Shown here: positions 46,490 through 56,140 of the stretch, one piece after another
How positions within the stretch are numbered: position 1 is the stretch's first letter
How the letters are laid out: each line of letters starts with the position of its first letter
Assembly (NCBI GenBank): GCA_018831265.1
Contig: JAHJCO010000019.1
Location: 104,534-168,533, forward strand
Direction of reading: 5' to 3'
DNA: 64,000 bases
Source: Actinomycetota bacterium
Lineage (GTDB): Bacteria > Actinomycetota > Geothermincolia > Fen-727 > Anoxymicrobiaceae
Notes under the pieces: generated by a model
What the model was told of the DNA's origin: nothing
Database searches by the model: none
The model's input: the letters and a program-made list of their open reading frames with translations, nothing else
Translations under genes and position numbers: made by a program

Positions 46490-47926
46490 ATGCACCCCTT
46501 GAAGCAGTTGATGTACCCGGAGTCGATCGCGTTCTGGGGCGCGTCCAACAACCCCATGAAGATGGGGACCATGCAGCTCGCGAACGTGCTGGAGACCGGA
46601 TTCGCGGGCGATGTCTACCCCGTCCACCCCACCGAAGCGACCGTGCTGGGTCTGCCCGCGTACCGGAGCATCGCCGAGGTGGGCGGGCCCGTGGACCTCG
46701 CCCAGCTCACCCTCCCAACCGACCTGGTGCCGGGGGTGCTCGACGAGTGCGGCCGGGCCGGGATCCGTCGCGCCATAGTCATCTCGGGCGGCTTCAAGGA
46801 GGTGGCGGGCGAGAAGGGCAGGGAGCTCGAGCGCGAGGTGCTACGGGTGGCGCGCAAGCACGGGATCCGCTTCCTGGGCCCCAACTGCGTGGGCGTCTTC
46901 AACTCGATCGTATCGCTGAACTCGACCACCATCCCGCGGCCCCCGGCAGGCGGCAGGATAGCCTTCGCTTCGCAGTCGGGCGCCTACACGGCCATGATGA
47001 ACCCGTACCTGTGGTCGCAGGGGATAAGGACGTGCCAGACCATCAGCGTCGGGAACGAGGCGGACATAGACCTGGTCGACTGCCTTGATTTCCTGGCCGA
47101 GGAGCCGGAGGTGAACGCGGTAGGGCTCTACATCGAGACGGTCAGGCGGCCCCGCGAGTTCATCGAGGCCGCCCGCGAGACCGTGAAGAGCAAGCCGGTT
47201 GTCGCCGTGTACGTCGGCGGGGGAGAGGCGGGGTCGCGCTCATCGCTTTCTCACACGGGGGCGCTCACCGGGCCGGAAGTGCTCTACGAGGGGCTGCTAC
47301 GCCAGGCGGGGGTCATGATCGCTGACGACCTGGACCGGATGATGGACATGCTGCATGCCCTGTCGCTGGCACCGCTGCCGGCCGGCGGGCGCATGGCGGT
47401 GGTGAGCAACTCCGGCGGGCCGGGGACCTCGCTCGCCAACCAGGCAGAGAAGGCGGGCCTGGCCGTTCCCCTGTTCTCGGACGCGCTCCAGGAGCGGCTG
47501 AAAGCCGAGACCGGGAGGCTGGCCTACGTCGGCAACCCCATCGACCTGACCTTCGAGGTGGACCTGTCGCTGTTCGAGCGGCTGATCGAGATCGTGTTCC
47601 AGTCGGGGGAGGTGGACGGCGCCATGCTGTACGGCATCTTCGGCTGGCCCGACTTCATCGTGAACCTGGAGAAGCGCTTTCCCGCCCTCGAGCAGTTCCG
47701 CGCGGAGTGGGAAAAGGGCTACCTGGAATTCCTCGGCCGCCTCGCCGCTATCCCGGAGGCACACGGCAAGCCGCTCATCGTGATGTCCTTCTCCAGGGCG
47801 GAGGGCCCGTCCATGGACCCGCTCATCAGGAAAGGCGTCCCGGTCTACCCGTCGGCCAACCGCTGCGCCCGCGCAATGAGCTCCCTCGTCCGCTACCGGG
47901 AAACGCGGGATCAGCACCCCATGTAG
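46490..47926 (+). CDS. Stand-alone alpha-type subunit of ADP-forming acetyl-CoA synthetase (CoA-binding plus CoA-ligase domains), with no beta/ATP-grasp partner nearby
   Basis: CoA-binding N-terminus. Conserved phosphohistidine loop SHTGALTG. 478 aa. Confidence 0.8.
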   Translation: MHPLKQLMYPESIAFWGASNNPMKMGTMQLANVLETGFAGDVYPVHPTEATVLGLPAYRSIAEVGGPVDLAQLTLPTDLVPGVLDECGRAGIRRAIVISGGFKEVAGEKGRELEREVLRVARKHGIRFLGPNCVGVFNSIVSLNSTTIPRPPAGGRIAFASQSGAYTAMMNPYLWSQGIRTCQTISVGNEADIDLVDCLDFLAEEPEVNAVGLYIETVRRPREFIEAARETVKSKPVVAVYVGGGEAGSRSSLSHTGALTGPEVLYEGLLRQAGVMIADDLDRMMDMLHALSLAPLPAGGRMAVVSNSGGPGTSLANQAEKAGLAVPLFSDALQERLKAETGRLAYVGNPIDLTFEVDLSLFERLIEIVFQSGEVDGAMLYGIFGWPDFIVNLEKRFPALEQFRAEWEKGYLEFLGRLAAIPEAHGKPLIVMSFSRAEGPSMDPLIRKGVPVYPSANRCARAMSSLVRYRETRDQHPM

Positions 47927-47930
47927 CAAC

Positions 47931-48002
47931 AGTGTTTCAAAAGTGCCTGACCCTTTTGCTACACTCGACTCATCTGACTTGACTGCCGCCTGACCCCCGG
48001 CT
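47931..48002. repeat. Compound GGGTCAGGC-family repeat. Minimal hairpin CAAAAGTGCCTGACCCTTTTG plus a second GCCTGACCCC end and a CTGAGTCAC flank.
   Basis: Read directly, between convergent genes. Confidence 0.55.
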
Positions 48003-48005
48003 GAG

Positions 48006-49898
48006 TCACTCGCCGAATGGCATCTGGAGGTAGTACACCCCCGAATCGATGTTCTGTTCCAGAGTGAACATCTTCTCGAAGATGTGGTACATGGGCTTGT
48101 TCTCGACCAGAACCTCCGCCGTGAAGCCGAGCAGGCCGTGGCGCTTGGCGAGCTGGGTCAGGTAGGCGAGCAGCTCGGTGCCAATCCCCTTGTCCTGGTA
48201 CTGGTCGCCCACGACGAAGGCGACGTCGGCGGTGTGGTGGGCCTCGTCGATGTCGTAGGAGCCCATCCCCGCGATAATCTCCCTGTCACCCTCGTGGACC
48301 ACCGCCAGTATGATCATCTCCCTGGTGAAGTCGATGACCACGAACTCCTGGAGGCGCTCGTGGGGCATGTCCGTGCGCATGGAGATGAACCGCCTGTACA
48401 TGCTGTCGTCGGAGAGAGAATAGAAGAAGTCCTTGAGGGCGGGCTCGTCGCTGATGCGAACCGGGCGGAACAGCACCTCTACCCCGTCCCGGGTGGTCCG
48501 GTATGTCTCCAGCTCCTCGGGGTACTGGCCCTTCTCCCCGGGGATGAACGCCTGGTCGGGATAGACCAGGTTCAGCCGCCTGGCCTCGGAGATAAGCCAC
48601 TGCTGGAACCTCGGGTGTGCGATGGCGATGAGCTCCATGGCCCGCTCGCGCACGTTCTTGCCGTGCAGGTAGGCGATACCGAACTCGGTGACCACGTAGT
48701 GGATGTCGCCCCGGGTCAGGGTCACCCCGGCCCCCTCGCCGACGAACGGCACGATCCTGGATACCTCCCCGTCCCCCGCGGTCGAGGGCAGCGCCAGGAT
48801 GGTCTTCCCCCCCGGCGCCAGTACAGCGCCACGCATGAAGTCGGCCTGACCGCCTATACCGGAGTAGAACTGCCGGCCGATGGACTCGGCCGTCGACTGA
48901 CCAGTAAGGTCGATCTGCAGGGCCGTATTAATCGCCGTCATGTTGTGGTTTCGGGCTATGTTAAGCGGGTTGTTGGTGTAATCGATGGGCCTGAACTCAA
49001 TGGACGGGTTGTCGTCGATGAACTCGTAGGTATCGGCTGTACCCATACAGAAAGTGGCCACGGTCTTGCCGCGGTCGATGGTCTTGCGACTGTTGTCGAT
49101 GACCCCCTTGCGGATCAGCTCCACGATACCGTCGCTGAGCAGCTCGGTGTGGACGCCCAGGCTCTTCTTGTCCGACAGGTTCGCGAGGATGGCGTTGGGG
49201 ATGCTCCCGTAGCCGACCTGGATGGTGTCCCCGTCCTCGATGATGCGGGCCACGTACCTGCCCAGCTGCAGGGTCAGCTCGTCGGAGACACTGGGAGCGT
49301 ACTCCAGAAGGGGCTCGTCGAAGGGCACCACGAAGTCGACGTCGTCCATGTGCACGAAGGTGTCGCCGTGCACCCGGGGCATCCGGCAGTTCACCTGCGC
49401 TATGACGACGGAGGCCTTCTCGACGCCGGCCTTGGTGATGTCCACGCTCACGCCCAGGCTCATGTACCCGTTCCTGTCCGGGGGCGAGGTCTGCACCAGT
49501 GCTACGTCGATAGGGATGAAGCCCCTGCGGAACAGGTCGGGGACCTGCGAAAGAAATACCGGGGAGTAGTCGGCGAGCCCCTGGTTGACCGCGTCCCGGG
49601 TGTTGTCCCCGATGAAGAAGGAGTTGTGGCGGAAGTTGTGGCGGAACCTCTCCTCGGCGTACGGCGCGACGCCCAGCGTCCAGACGTGGAACACCTCGGT
49701 ATCGTAGAACGCCTTGGGGTGAGAGTCGACGTACTCGGCCAGGGACGCCACCAGGTGCTGCGGCTCCCCGCATCCCGTGCCCACGAAGAGGTGGTCACCC
49801 CTCCTGATACGGTCGAACACCTTCTCCTCCGGGACGAACTTCCCGGCGCTGCCGAGACGCATCCTCTCCATGGCTTCAGCGCACTCCCGCGGGTCCAT
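48006..49898 (-). CDS. Bifunctional acetyl-CoA hydrolase/transferase-family domain fused to a C-terminal GNAT acetyltransferase domain (paralog of 37176..39056)
   Basis: Co-linear similarity to the other paralog over the full length. GNAT motif DKGIGTELL. GGGAGGTG SD before ATG 49898. Confidence 0.8.
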   Translation of the reverse strand: MDPRECAEAMERMRLGSAGKFVPEEKVFDRIRRGDHLFVGTGCGEPQHLVASLAEYVDSHPKAFYDTEVFHVWTLGVAPYAEERFRHNFRHNSFFIGDNTRDAVNQGLADYSPVFLSQVPDLFRRGFIPIDVALVQTSPPDRNGYMSLGVSVDITKAGVEKASVVIAQVNCRMPRVHGDTFVHMDDVDFVVPFDEPLLEYAPSVSDELTLQLGRYVARIIEDGDTIQVGYGSIPNAILANLSDKKSLGVHTELLSDGIVELIRKGVIDNSRKTIDRGKTVATFCMGTADTYEFIDDNPSIEFRPIDYTNNPLNIARNHNMTAINTALQIDLTGQSTAESIGRQFYSGIGGQADFMRGAVLAPGGKTILALPSTAGDGEVSRIVPFVGEGAGVTLTRGDIHYVVTEFGIAYLHGKNVRERAMELIAIAHPRFQQWLISEARRLNLVYPDQAFIPGEKGQYPEELETYRTTRDGVEVLFRPVRISDEPALKDFFYSLSDDSMYRRFISMRTDMPHERLQEFVVIDFTREMIILAVVHEGDREIIAGMGSYDIDEAHHTADVAFVVGDQYQDKGIGTELLAYLTQLAKRHGLLGFTAEVLVENKPMYHIFEKMFTLEQNIDSGVYYLQMPFGE

Positions 49899-49914
49899 CC
49901 GCACCTCCCTTCCA

Positions 49915-50037
49915 TGAAAGAATACCTCAGACCAAAACTTTCATCCGCGCGGAAGAAAACCTCAGACCAGTTCTCTCGCGGGGTTTGCTGCCGTGGGTTG
50001 GTGAATAGTGAAAGAAATGGTTTGAGGTTTTCTTTCA
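49915..50037. promoter_or_regulatory. Second three-unit module of the TGAAAGAA...GGTCTGAGG...TTCTTTCA palindrome (49915..49943, degenerate 49952..49976, 50009..50037), upstream of the minus-strand CoA-transferase-GNAT paralog
   Basis: Read on the minus strand, the order and orientation (complement form, then two GGTCTGAGG forms, then SD-ATG) match the 37060..37176 module. Unit 49915..49943 differs by 1 nt from unit 37109..37137. Confidence 0.75.
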
Positions 50038-50050
50038 TAGATGGCGATCG

Positions 50051-50869
50051 TCAGTCCTTGCGCTCCAGGAACCCCGCGGCGCCTTCCACCGACCTGTCCT
50101 GCTGCCACATCTTGAAGAGGGGATCGCCTGTCTCGAGGACTTGCCTGATCCTCCTGATGGTGTCACCGCGGAGCTGGGTCTTGACCCGGTTGTAGACCAG
50201 GGTTGAGAGGGCCCCCAGTTCCGACGCCTTCTCCAGCGCCCTGGGTATCAGGCGCTCGGGCGCAACGAGCTCATCGAGGACCTCACCCTCCAGGGCTTCC
50301 CGGGGACCGATTGGCCGACCGGTGAGGATGAGCCTCCTGGCCATCGCCGGAGTCAGCTCGGACTTGAGGACCTCCATGGTGGAGATCGGGAACGGTATTC
50401 CCACCCTGACCTCCGAGACCCCCATCTGGTAGGAGCCCTCCGCGCCTACGCGGTAGTCGCACGACATCATCAGGATGAAACCCCCGGCGACGGCATGCCC
50501 GTTCACCGCCGCGATGATCGGCTTGGAGGCGCCGTAGACACCCGTTATCACCCTGTTGGTGATGTCCATCAGCTCCTTCTGGTCCTCGGGCGAGTAGAAG
50601 GGAACCACCTTGAGGTCCAGCCCGGCGCAGAAGCACGGGCCGTCCCCGGTGACTATGATGGCTCGGACGGCGTCGTCGGCCTCGAGAGCGCCCATGCTCG
50701 CCTCGGCCTCCCGCAGCAACTGCAGGTCGACCGCGTTCACCGGCGGCTTGGTCAGCTTCAGAAACGCTATCTCACCTTCGCGATCTACTGTTACGCTGCT
50801 CACTGCTCTCACCTCACGACGTCGAACGACAACCACCCCGGGACTGAAGTCCCGACCCAAGCCTCGCAA
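50051..50869 (-). CDS. Enoyl-CoA hydratase/isomerase (crotonase fold)
   Basis: AAVNGHAVAGGFILMMSCD oxyanion-hole region. The true start is probably downstream of the ORF start. Confidence 0.85.
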   Translation of the reverse strand: MRGLGRDFSPGVVVVRRREVRAVSSVTVDREGEIAFLKLTKPPVNAVDLQLLREAEASMGALEADDAVRAIIVTGDGPCFCAGLDLKVVPFYSPEDQKELMDITNRVITGVYGASKPIIAAVNGHAVAGGFILMMSCDYRVGAEGSYQMGVSEVRVGIPFPISTMEVLKSELTPAMARRLILTGRPIGPREALEGEVLDELVAPERLIPRALEKASELGALSTLVYNRVKTQLRGDTIRRIRQVLETGDPLFKMWQQDRSVEGAAGFLERKD

Positions 50870-51024
50870 ACCCCGATGCCCTCAGTGCTTTTTGGACCAT
50901 TAGCGACGCCATGGTGCTAATACTGTGCATATAGGTCGACTGACTTGTGCGCACGTAACGCGAACCAAGTTGAAGGCCGCACAGACCTGGCTGGGCGCGG
51001 ACCTCAGTCCGCGAACCCGGGCAG

Positions 51025-52299
51025 CTACCTCAGCAACTCGATCGCGGCGAGATACACCAGCAGTACCACCGCCAGCACTACCACGGTCACGACCGAGGTC
51101 GGCAACAGGAGCAGCAGCAGGAACACGACGACAGCGCCCCCGATGCGGAACGCCCAGGCGTGCTCGCCGAGGAAAGCGCTTACCGGCCCGGGTGCCGCCT
51201 CTCCACTCTTGCGCCGCTCCCTCCAGCTCGAGAACAGCCCGCCGACCTTCGTGCGCACCCAGACCGCCCATTTGTAGGGCCCGGCGACGGCGGCCCCAAC
51301 GGCCAGCAGCAGGCCGAACACCAGCAGCCCCCAGTCGGTCACCCTGAGACCGTGGAACAGGTGCGTCCAGATCACCTGCGCGGCCTCCTTGTTGGCGGGA
51401 ACCTTTATCTGGTCCAGTAGCACGACCTTGGTGATATTGAGCGCGATGAGGACTATCGCGGTGGCGATGGCCAGGCCGATCCCGACCCCCATGGTCGCCT
51501 TCCTACGGTCGGGCGCGATAACAATCGCGACACCGAAGAACACCAGCGAGAGTGCCGGAAGCAGCCAGTTCAGCGTCTCCAGGAGGTCCACGCCGTGCTT
51601 TATGGCCCCCAGCTGCTCGGCCTCGAACAAGGTCACCTGGCCGGCGCTCTCCGGGATGGGAACGTTCTCCAGTACGGTGAGGCCCTGTTCCACCAGGTCG
51701 TCCTTAATACCGTTGAGCAGTGCCCCGATGTCGAGCACGACCTGGCCCTGTTCGTTGATCGACACGTCGCCTTCGCCGGTCAGCACCTTGACCGCCTGCG
51801 AATGGGCCAGTGACACGATCTTATCCAGGACCACCTGGAACTGATCGCTCTTGAGGATCTCCTCGGCAGCCTTCTTCGCGGCGCTCTCGAGCCCGCCGGC
51901 TATCGGCTCGGCGATGAAATCCAGTTCGGGGTCGATCTTCTTGACGGCGCTCTCCACCTTGCCCACGATGTCCACCTGCTCGAACAACCTCTTGACGGCG
52001 ACGTCCGAAATAGCTTTGGCGACTGCTTCCTCCTGGACGATGGGCACCATCGTGTTGGTGAAGTCCTTCGTGTTCAGGGCGGTGGCGTCGAGCCATGTGG
52101 CGAGCACGCCCCCGAAGGCGCTGATGCTGCCGAGGACGATGAGGAGCCAGACTACGAAGCTTATCCAGAAGTGCTTCCTCGGCTTCTTCGGTTGCGAGAG
52201 CTGAGCCTTCAGCGCCTCGTTCTCGGCCCGGAGCTTCTCCAGCTCGTCGGGCGCCTCGCTGCCACCCTCGCCCGCGCCCTGGTCCTGCTCCTCCGCCAT
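51025..52299 (-). CDS. Hypothetical membrane protein with an N-terminal coiled-coil and at least 4 TM helices
   Basis: ELEKLRAENEALKAQL coiled coil. Hydrophobic segments. Confidence 0.6.
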   Translation of the reverse strand: MAEEQDQGAGEGGSEAPDELEKLRAENEALKAQLSQPKKPRKHFWISFVVWLLIVLGSISAFGGVLATWLDATALNTKDFTNTMVPIVQEEAVAKAISDVAVKRLFEQVDIVGKVESAVKKIDPELDFIAEPIAGGLESAAKKAAEEILKSDQFQVVLDKIVSLAHSQAVKVLTGEGDVSINEQGQVVLDIGALLNGIKDDLVEQGLTVLENVPIPESAGQVTLFEAEQLGAIKHGVDLLETLNWLLPALSLVFFGVAIVIAPDRRKATMGVGIGLAIATAIVLIALNITKVVLLDQIKVPANKEAAQVIWTHLFHGLRVTDWGLLVFGLLLAVGAAVAGPYKWAVWVRTKVGGLFSSWRERRKSGEAAPGPVSAFLGEHAWAFRIGGAVVVFLLLLLLPTSVVTVVVLAVVLLVYLAAIELLR

Positions 52300-52418
52300 G
52301 ACCGCTCCCTTCGGTAGGGGACTTCTAGAGCCTGTGTGTCTCCCGCAAACAATACATCATCCACCGCGCAGACGATAGAATGGATGGCGGACACGCGAGA
52401 AGAAAGCGGGGCGATGAG

Positions 52419-52661
52419 ATGGCCGGGCACGGAGAGGTCCTCGGTGTACCCTACGACTTCCGCCTCCCCACCTGGAGGAAGCTCAAGAGACACTACTGGA
52501 ACCCGGCCGACGAGCGGCTGTTCGTGCCCAGGGCGTTCGGCATCGGCTGGGACGTGAACCTCTACACCTTCAGGGAGCGATATCCGGGGCTCTTCTACGC
52601 GGCGTTGATCGCCACGGTGATGAGCGTAATGCTGAAGCTCATCAGGCGCGAAAGGCGGTGA
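52419..52661 (+). CDS. Hypothetical small membrane protein
   Basis: C-terminal TM helix. Start uncertain (52380 or 52419). Confidence 0.4.
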   Translation: MAGHGEVLGVPYDFRLPTWRKLKRHYWNPADERLFVPRAFGIGWDVNLYTFRERYPGLFYAALIATVMSVMLKLIRRERR

Positions 52662-52693
52662 CGTGCAAAAGGGTCAGACCCTGATGCAAATGG

Positions 52694-53716
52694 CTACCGC
52701 GCCAGCTCGCCTGAGAAGTCGGCGTACTCCGTGAAGCCGGTGCCGCTCCACAATGCGGAGCTCCTATAGGGGTGGTGGTAGGCGCCCTCGAACTCGAAGC
52801 CGAGGAACCCGCCACCCGGCAGCACCGGCGCGACCGGCGTCGCCGCGCGTGCCACGTATCGGAACTCCCCCCGGCTGTCCCGCATCACGCCCTCCCAGCT
52901 CGCGGGGACCAGGAACTCGCGCCCGTCGGGACGGGTGCCCTGGGCGAACTCCAGGTAGCGCAGCGAAAGCCCGCGCATCGGTACCTCGTTCCGCCCGGGC
53001 AGCCGTGCGGCGGCCTTGAGCCCCAGGAACGGCTCGCCCTTCAGGCTTATGCTCAAGCCGGCGGCGGACTCGGCCCGGCCCCCCGGGGTGTGGAACGCCA
53101 GCACGTCCCAGTGGTAACCGAACGGAAGACGCCTGGTGAAGTCGAAAGGCAGCGAGGTCCCGCTCACGTGCTCGATGACCCCGAAGCCGGCATGGGTCTC
53201 CTCCGTCTCGCCCCGCCAGAGTGTCAGGCGCAGTGTCGAGTGCTGGCCGACGTAGGAGAGGAGCCGGCCGTAACGCGCCCACCAGATCGGCCAGGAGGCC
53301 TGGAAGTCGAACGAGGCTCCAGACCCGGACTCTGGCAGGGAGAACGACATCCCGTAGCGGGGGCGCGAGCCGGCCAGCGCGAACCTCCCCGGCAGCGAGA
53401 CACGCACCGAGTCGGTTGACGACTCCAGCGGACCGGGGTCCACCTTTCCGGTGAACGTCTCGACCCCGTCATCGGTCGCCCAGGAGAGCATGACCTCGCT
53501 CTCCACCAGGCACTCCACCGCCGACAGGGGGTGCCATCCCGCGGGGCCGCCCTTCCTGAAGAAATGCGCCTTCGCCCACCGGAGCGTCGAGCCGGCCGGG
53601 AAGATCCCGATGGCGAACCAGCCGTCCCAGGTCGCCCCGCTGGTCGGCAGGAGGTGAACCGCGCCGGGCACCCGGTGGACTGACCCACCCAGAGACGGGA
53701 TGTTTATCTCGCGCAT
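52694..53716 (-). CDS. Hypothetical protein (beta-rich, Trp/Gly-rich)
   Basis: Protein-like composition across about 340 aa. No recognisable motif. Confidence 0.45.
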   Translation of the reverse strand: MREINIPSLGGSVHRVPGAVHLLPTSGATWDGWFAIGIFPAGSTLRWAKAHFFRKGGPAGWHPLSAVECLVESEVMLSWATDDGVETFTGKVDPGPLESSTDSVRVSLPGRFALAGSRPRYGMSFSLPESGSGASFDFQASWPIWWARYGRLLSYVGQHSTLRLTLWRGETEETHAGFGVIEHVSGTSLPFDFTRRLPFGYHWDVLAFHTPGGRAESAAGLSISLKGEPFLGLKAAARLPGRNEVPMRGLSLRYLEFAQGTRPDGREFLVPASWEGVMRDSRGEFRYVARAATPVAPVLPGGGFLGFEFEGAYHHPYRSSALWSGTGFTEYADFSGELAR

Positions 53717-53875
53717 CGAAACACTCCTTGTGAGGTCCCGCATATCATATGGCAAGACAGCCTCAGCAGGTAGGCCTGGAGTGCGCGCGGCGCCTCATCC
53801 CGGCAGGGGTCCGCGGCATCGGGTAGAAGGTTATATAATCGGCCTGATGGGCGCTTCGAGCGGGAGGTATGGAGG

Positions 53876-54157
53876 ATGGGGTGCTTCGTAGCCGTTATTG
53901 CGGTGTTCACGCCGCGCATAGCGTTGCTGATAATGTGGATCTTCACCCCGTATATCAGCAGGGCTTTCCACGGGGGCTTCATCTGGCCGTTCCTGGGCTT
54001 GCTGTTCCTGCCCTTCACCACGATCATGTACTCGCTTGCCTTCTCTCCGACCCGGGGTGTGACCGGCACGGCTTGGGTATGGGTGGGGTTAGGAGTATTT
54101 CTGGACCTGGTCTGGCACGGCGGGGGGGTGCACGGGTCCCGCAGGGACTACGACTAA
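53876..54157 (+). CDS. Hypothetical small membrane protein (3 TM)
   Basis: GGAGGTATGGAGGAT SD before the ATG. Hydrophobic helices. Confidence 0.55.
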   Translation: MGCFVAVIAVFTPRIALLIMWIFTPYISRAFHGGFIWPFLGLLFLPFTTIMYSLAFSPTRGVTGTAWVWVGLGVFLDLVWHGGGVHGSRRDYD

Positions 54158-54188
54158 TACTAAGGTGCCAGGCACCTTAGTATTAGTC
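54155..54188. terminator. Perfect hairpin CTAATACTAAGGTGCC-AGGCACCTTAGTATTAG between convergent genes (GTGCCAGGCAC family)
   Basis: Inverted repeat read directly. Overlaps the stop codon of 53876..54157. Confidence 0.7.
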
Positions 54189-54190
54189 GA

Positions 54191-54625
54191 TCAGGTGAGT
54201 CTCCCGGCGGCGGCGGCGCAGAACTCCACGAACGGCGGGCACACCGACTCGAATACGCCTTCCTCCCGCGCCTTCTGCAGCCCCTCGGGGGTCGAGACGT
54301 CCCTGTTTATCAGCAGGGCGCACGAGCAGGAGCCAAACTCCCCGGTGAAGTCGCGCACCAGGGAGGCGGCGAACTCGATCAGAGCGTCGATGTCCTCGTC
54401 CGGACGGCCCCGCCCGAGCACCGCGCCCGCGGCCATCACCGCACCCACGATGGCGCCGCAGACCATCCCGCTTCGCCCCATGCCCGCGGCAAACCCCGTC
54501 GCGACCCCCGGATACCAGTCCCCCTCGATGCCGAGCCGCTCCATGTTCGCGCTCAGCACCGCCTCGGCGCAGTTGCGGGAGGAGAGGAACAGCTCCCTGG
54601 CCCGCTTTGCCACCTCGTCGCTCAT
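54191..54625 (-). CDS. C_GCAxxG_C_C family putative redox-active protein
   Basis: NCAEAVL ... GMVCGAIVGAVMAAG matches the C-GCAxxG-C-C signature. Confidence 0.7.
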   Translation of the reverse strand: MSDEVAKRARELFLSSRNCAEAVLSANMERLGIEGDWYPGVATGFAAGMGRSGMVCGAIVGAVMAAGAVLGRGRPDEDIDALIEFAASLVRDFTGEFGSCSCALLINRDVSTPEGLQKAREEGVFESVCPPFVEFCAAAAGRLT

Positions 54626-54681
54626 CTGAGGCTCCTTGCTGCCGTCGGCGTACAAGCCGTTCCTGTTGTAGGATTACCCCC

Positions 54682-56070
54682 ATGACGATATCCGGCATGG
54701 ACACGTTCTTCAACCCTCGGGGAGTCGCCCTGGTGGGTGCGCGCAGCACCCCCGGCTTCGGCTTCGGCATCCCCCTGGTGCTGAGGCGCGAGGGGTGGGA
54801 CGACCGGCTCTACCTGGTCAACCCGAGGGGCGGTGAGCTCCACGGCTACAGCGTCTACGCGGATGTCGCGGGTGTGCCGGACCCCGTCGACCTGGCTATC
54901 GTTGTCGTCCCGGCACTGTCTGTCCCAGGCGTGCTGGAGGAGGTCGCCGATCGCGGGATACGCCACGTCATCATCGAGAGCGCGGGATTCGCGGAGGTGG
55001 GCGGCGACGGGATCGCCCTGCAGGAGGCGGCCCGCGAGGTGGCGGCGCGCAGGGGGATGCGCATCATCGGTCCCAACTGCGTCGGTGTGGTCAACACCTC
55101 CCACCACTTCACCTCGGTCGAGGTCATCGAGGAGGCGATGCTCGGGGGCACGACCTCCATCATCGCGCAGAGCGGCGTGTTCGGCGCCGTCATGCTGGAC
55201 ATGCTGTTCCAGTACGGGCTGCACGTCTCCAAGGCCGTGACGCTGGGCAACCGCATGGACGTCGACGAGTGCGACATGCTGGATTACCTCGCGGGTGACG
55301 ATGCCACCCGTTCGATAATGATGTATCTGGAGGGGGCGAGAGACGGCCGCAGGCTCAAGGAGACGCTCGGCCGCGTCGCCTCCGGGAAGCCGGTGCTCAT
55401 CCTGAAGAGCGGGCGCAGCGAGGCCGGGCGCCAGGCGACCGCCTCCCACACCGCGAGCCTGTCGGGGGAGGACGAGATATACGAGGCGGTGTTCCGCCAG
55501 ACGGCCGCCGTCCGAGCGGGCAGCCTGGAGGAGCTGGTTGAGATGACCCGTGTGTTCTCGACACAGCCGATGCCGCGGGGCTCCCGACTCGGCATCGTCA
55601 CCTCGAGCGGGAGCCTGGGAGTACTGGCGACGGACGCGGCGGCGGCAATCGGGCTGGAGGTCCCACCGCTGTCGGAGGGATCCGCGGACAGGGTGGCCGA
55701 GGCAGCCCCCGGCTGGATGAACGTGCGCAACCCGGTGGATGTGGGACCCAGCCCGCAGTTCCCGGTCGCGCTCGAGGCTCTTCTCGGCGACACCGGTGTG
55801 GACATGGTCCTTGGGATAGCGGTCCTGCCGTACTTCATCTTCAGAGAGGTCACCAGCCGCGGTTCGACGGGGCATACCTGGTTCGGGGACGTGGCGGCCA
55901 TCCGCGAGCGCCACCCCGGCAAGCCGTTCGCCATCTGCGCGGTCGGGCACAGCGATTTCGTAGACAGGGTCCGGGAGCTCTCCGGCCCCCAGGTGCCGGT
56001 CTTCGTATCCCCGGAGCCCGCGGTCAGGGCCCTGGCCGCCCTTACCCGCTACGCCTCGATGCTGAGGTGA
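54682..56070 (+). CDS. Second stand-alone alpha-type subunit of ADP-forming acetyl-CoA synthetase
   Basis: Phosphohistidine loop ASHTASLSG. Co-linear with 46490..47926. Confidence 0.8.
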   Translation: MTISGMDTFFNPRGVALVGARSTPGFGFGIPLVLRREGWDDRLYLVNPRGGELHGYSVYADVAGVPDPVDLAIVVVPALSVPGVLEEVADRGIRHVIIESAGFAEVGGDGIALQEAAREVAARRGMRIIGPNCVGVVNTSHHFTSVEVIEEAMLGGTTSIIAQSGVFGAVMLDMLFQYGLHVSKAVTLGNRMDVDECDMLDYLAGDDATRSIMMYLEGARDGRRLKETLGRVASGKPVLILKSGRSEAGRQATASHTASLSGEDEIYEAVFRQTAAVRAGSLEELVEMTRVFSTQPMPRGSRLGIVTSSGSLGVLATDAAAAIGLEVPPLSEGSADRVAEAAPGWMNVRNPVDVGPSPQFPVALEALLGDTGVDMVLGIAVLPYFIFREVTSRGSTGHTWFGDVAAIRERHPGKPFAICAVGHSDFVDRVRELSGPQVPVFVSPEPAVRALAALTRYASMLR

Positions 56071-56140
56071 GAATTAACCTCAACCATCTTTTCCCAATCA
56101 GGCGGTTCCGATGAGAAATAATGGTTGAGGTGAATTCCCA

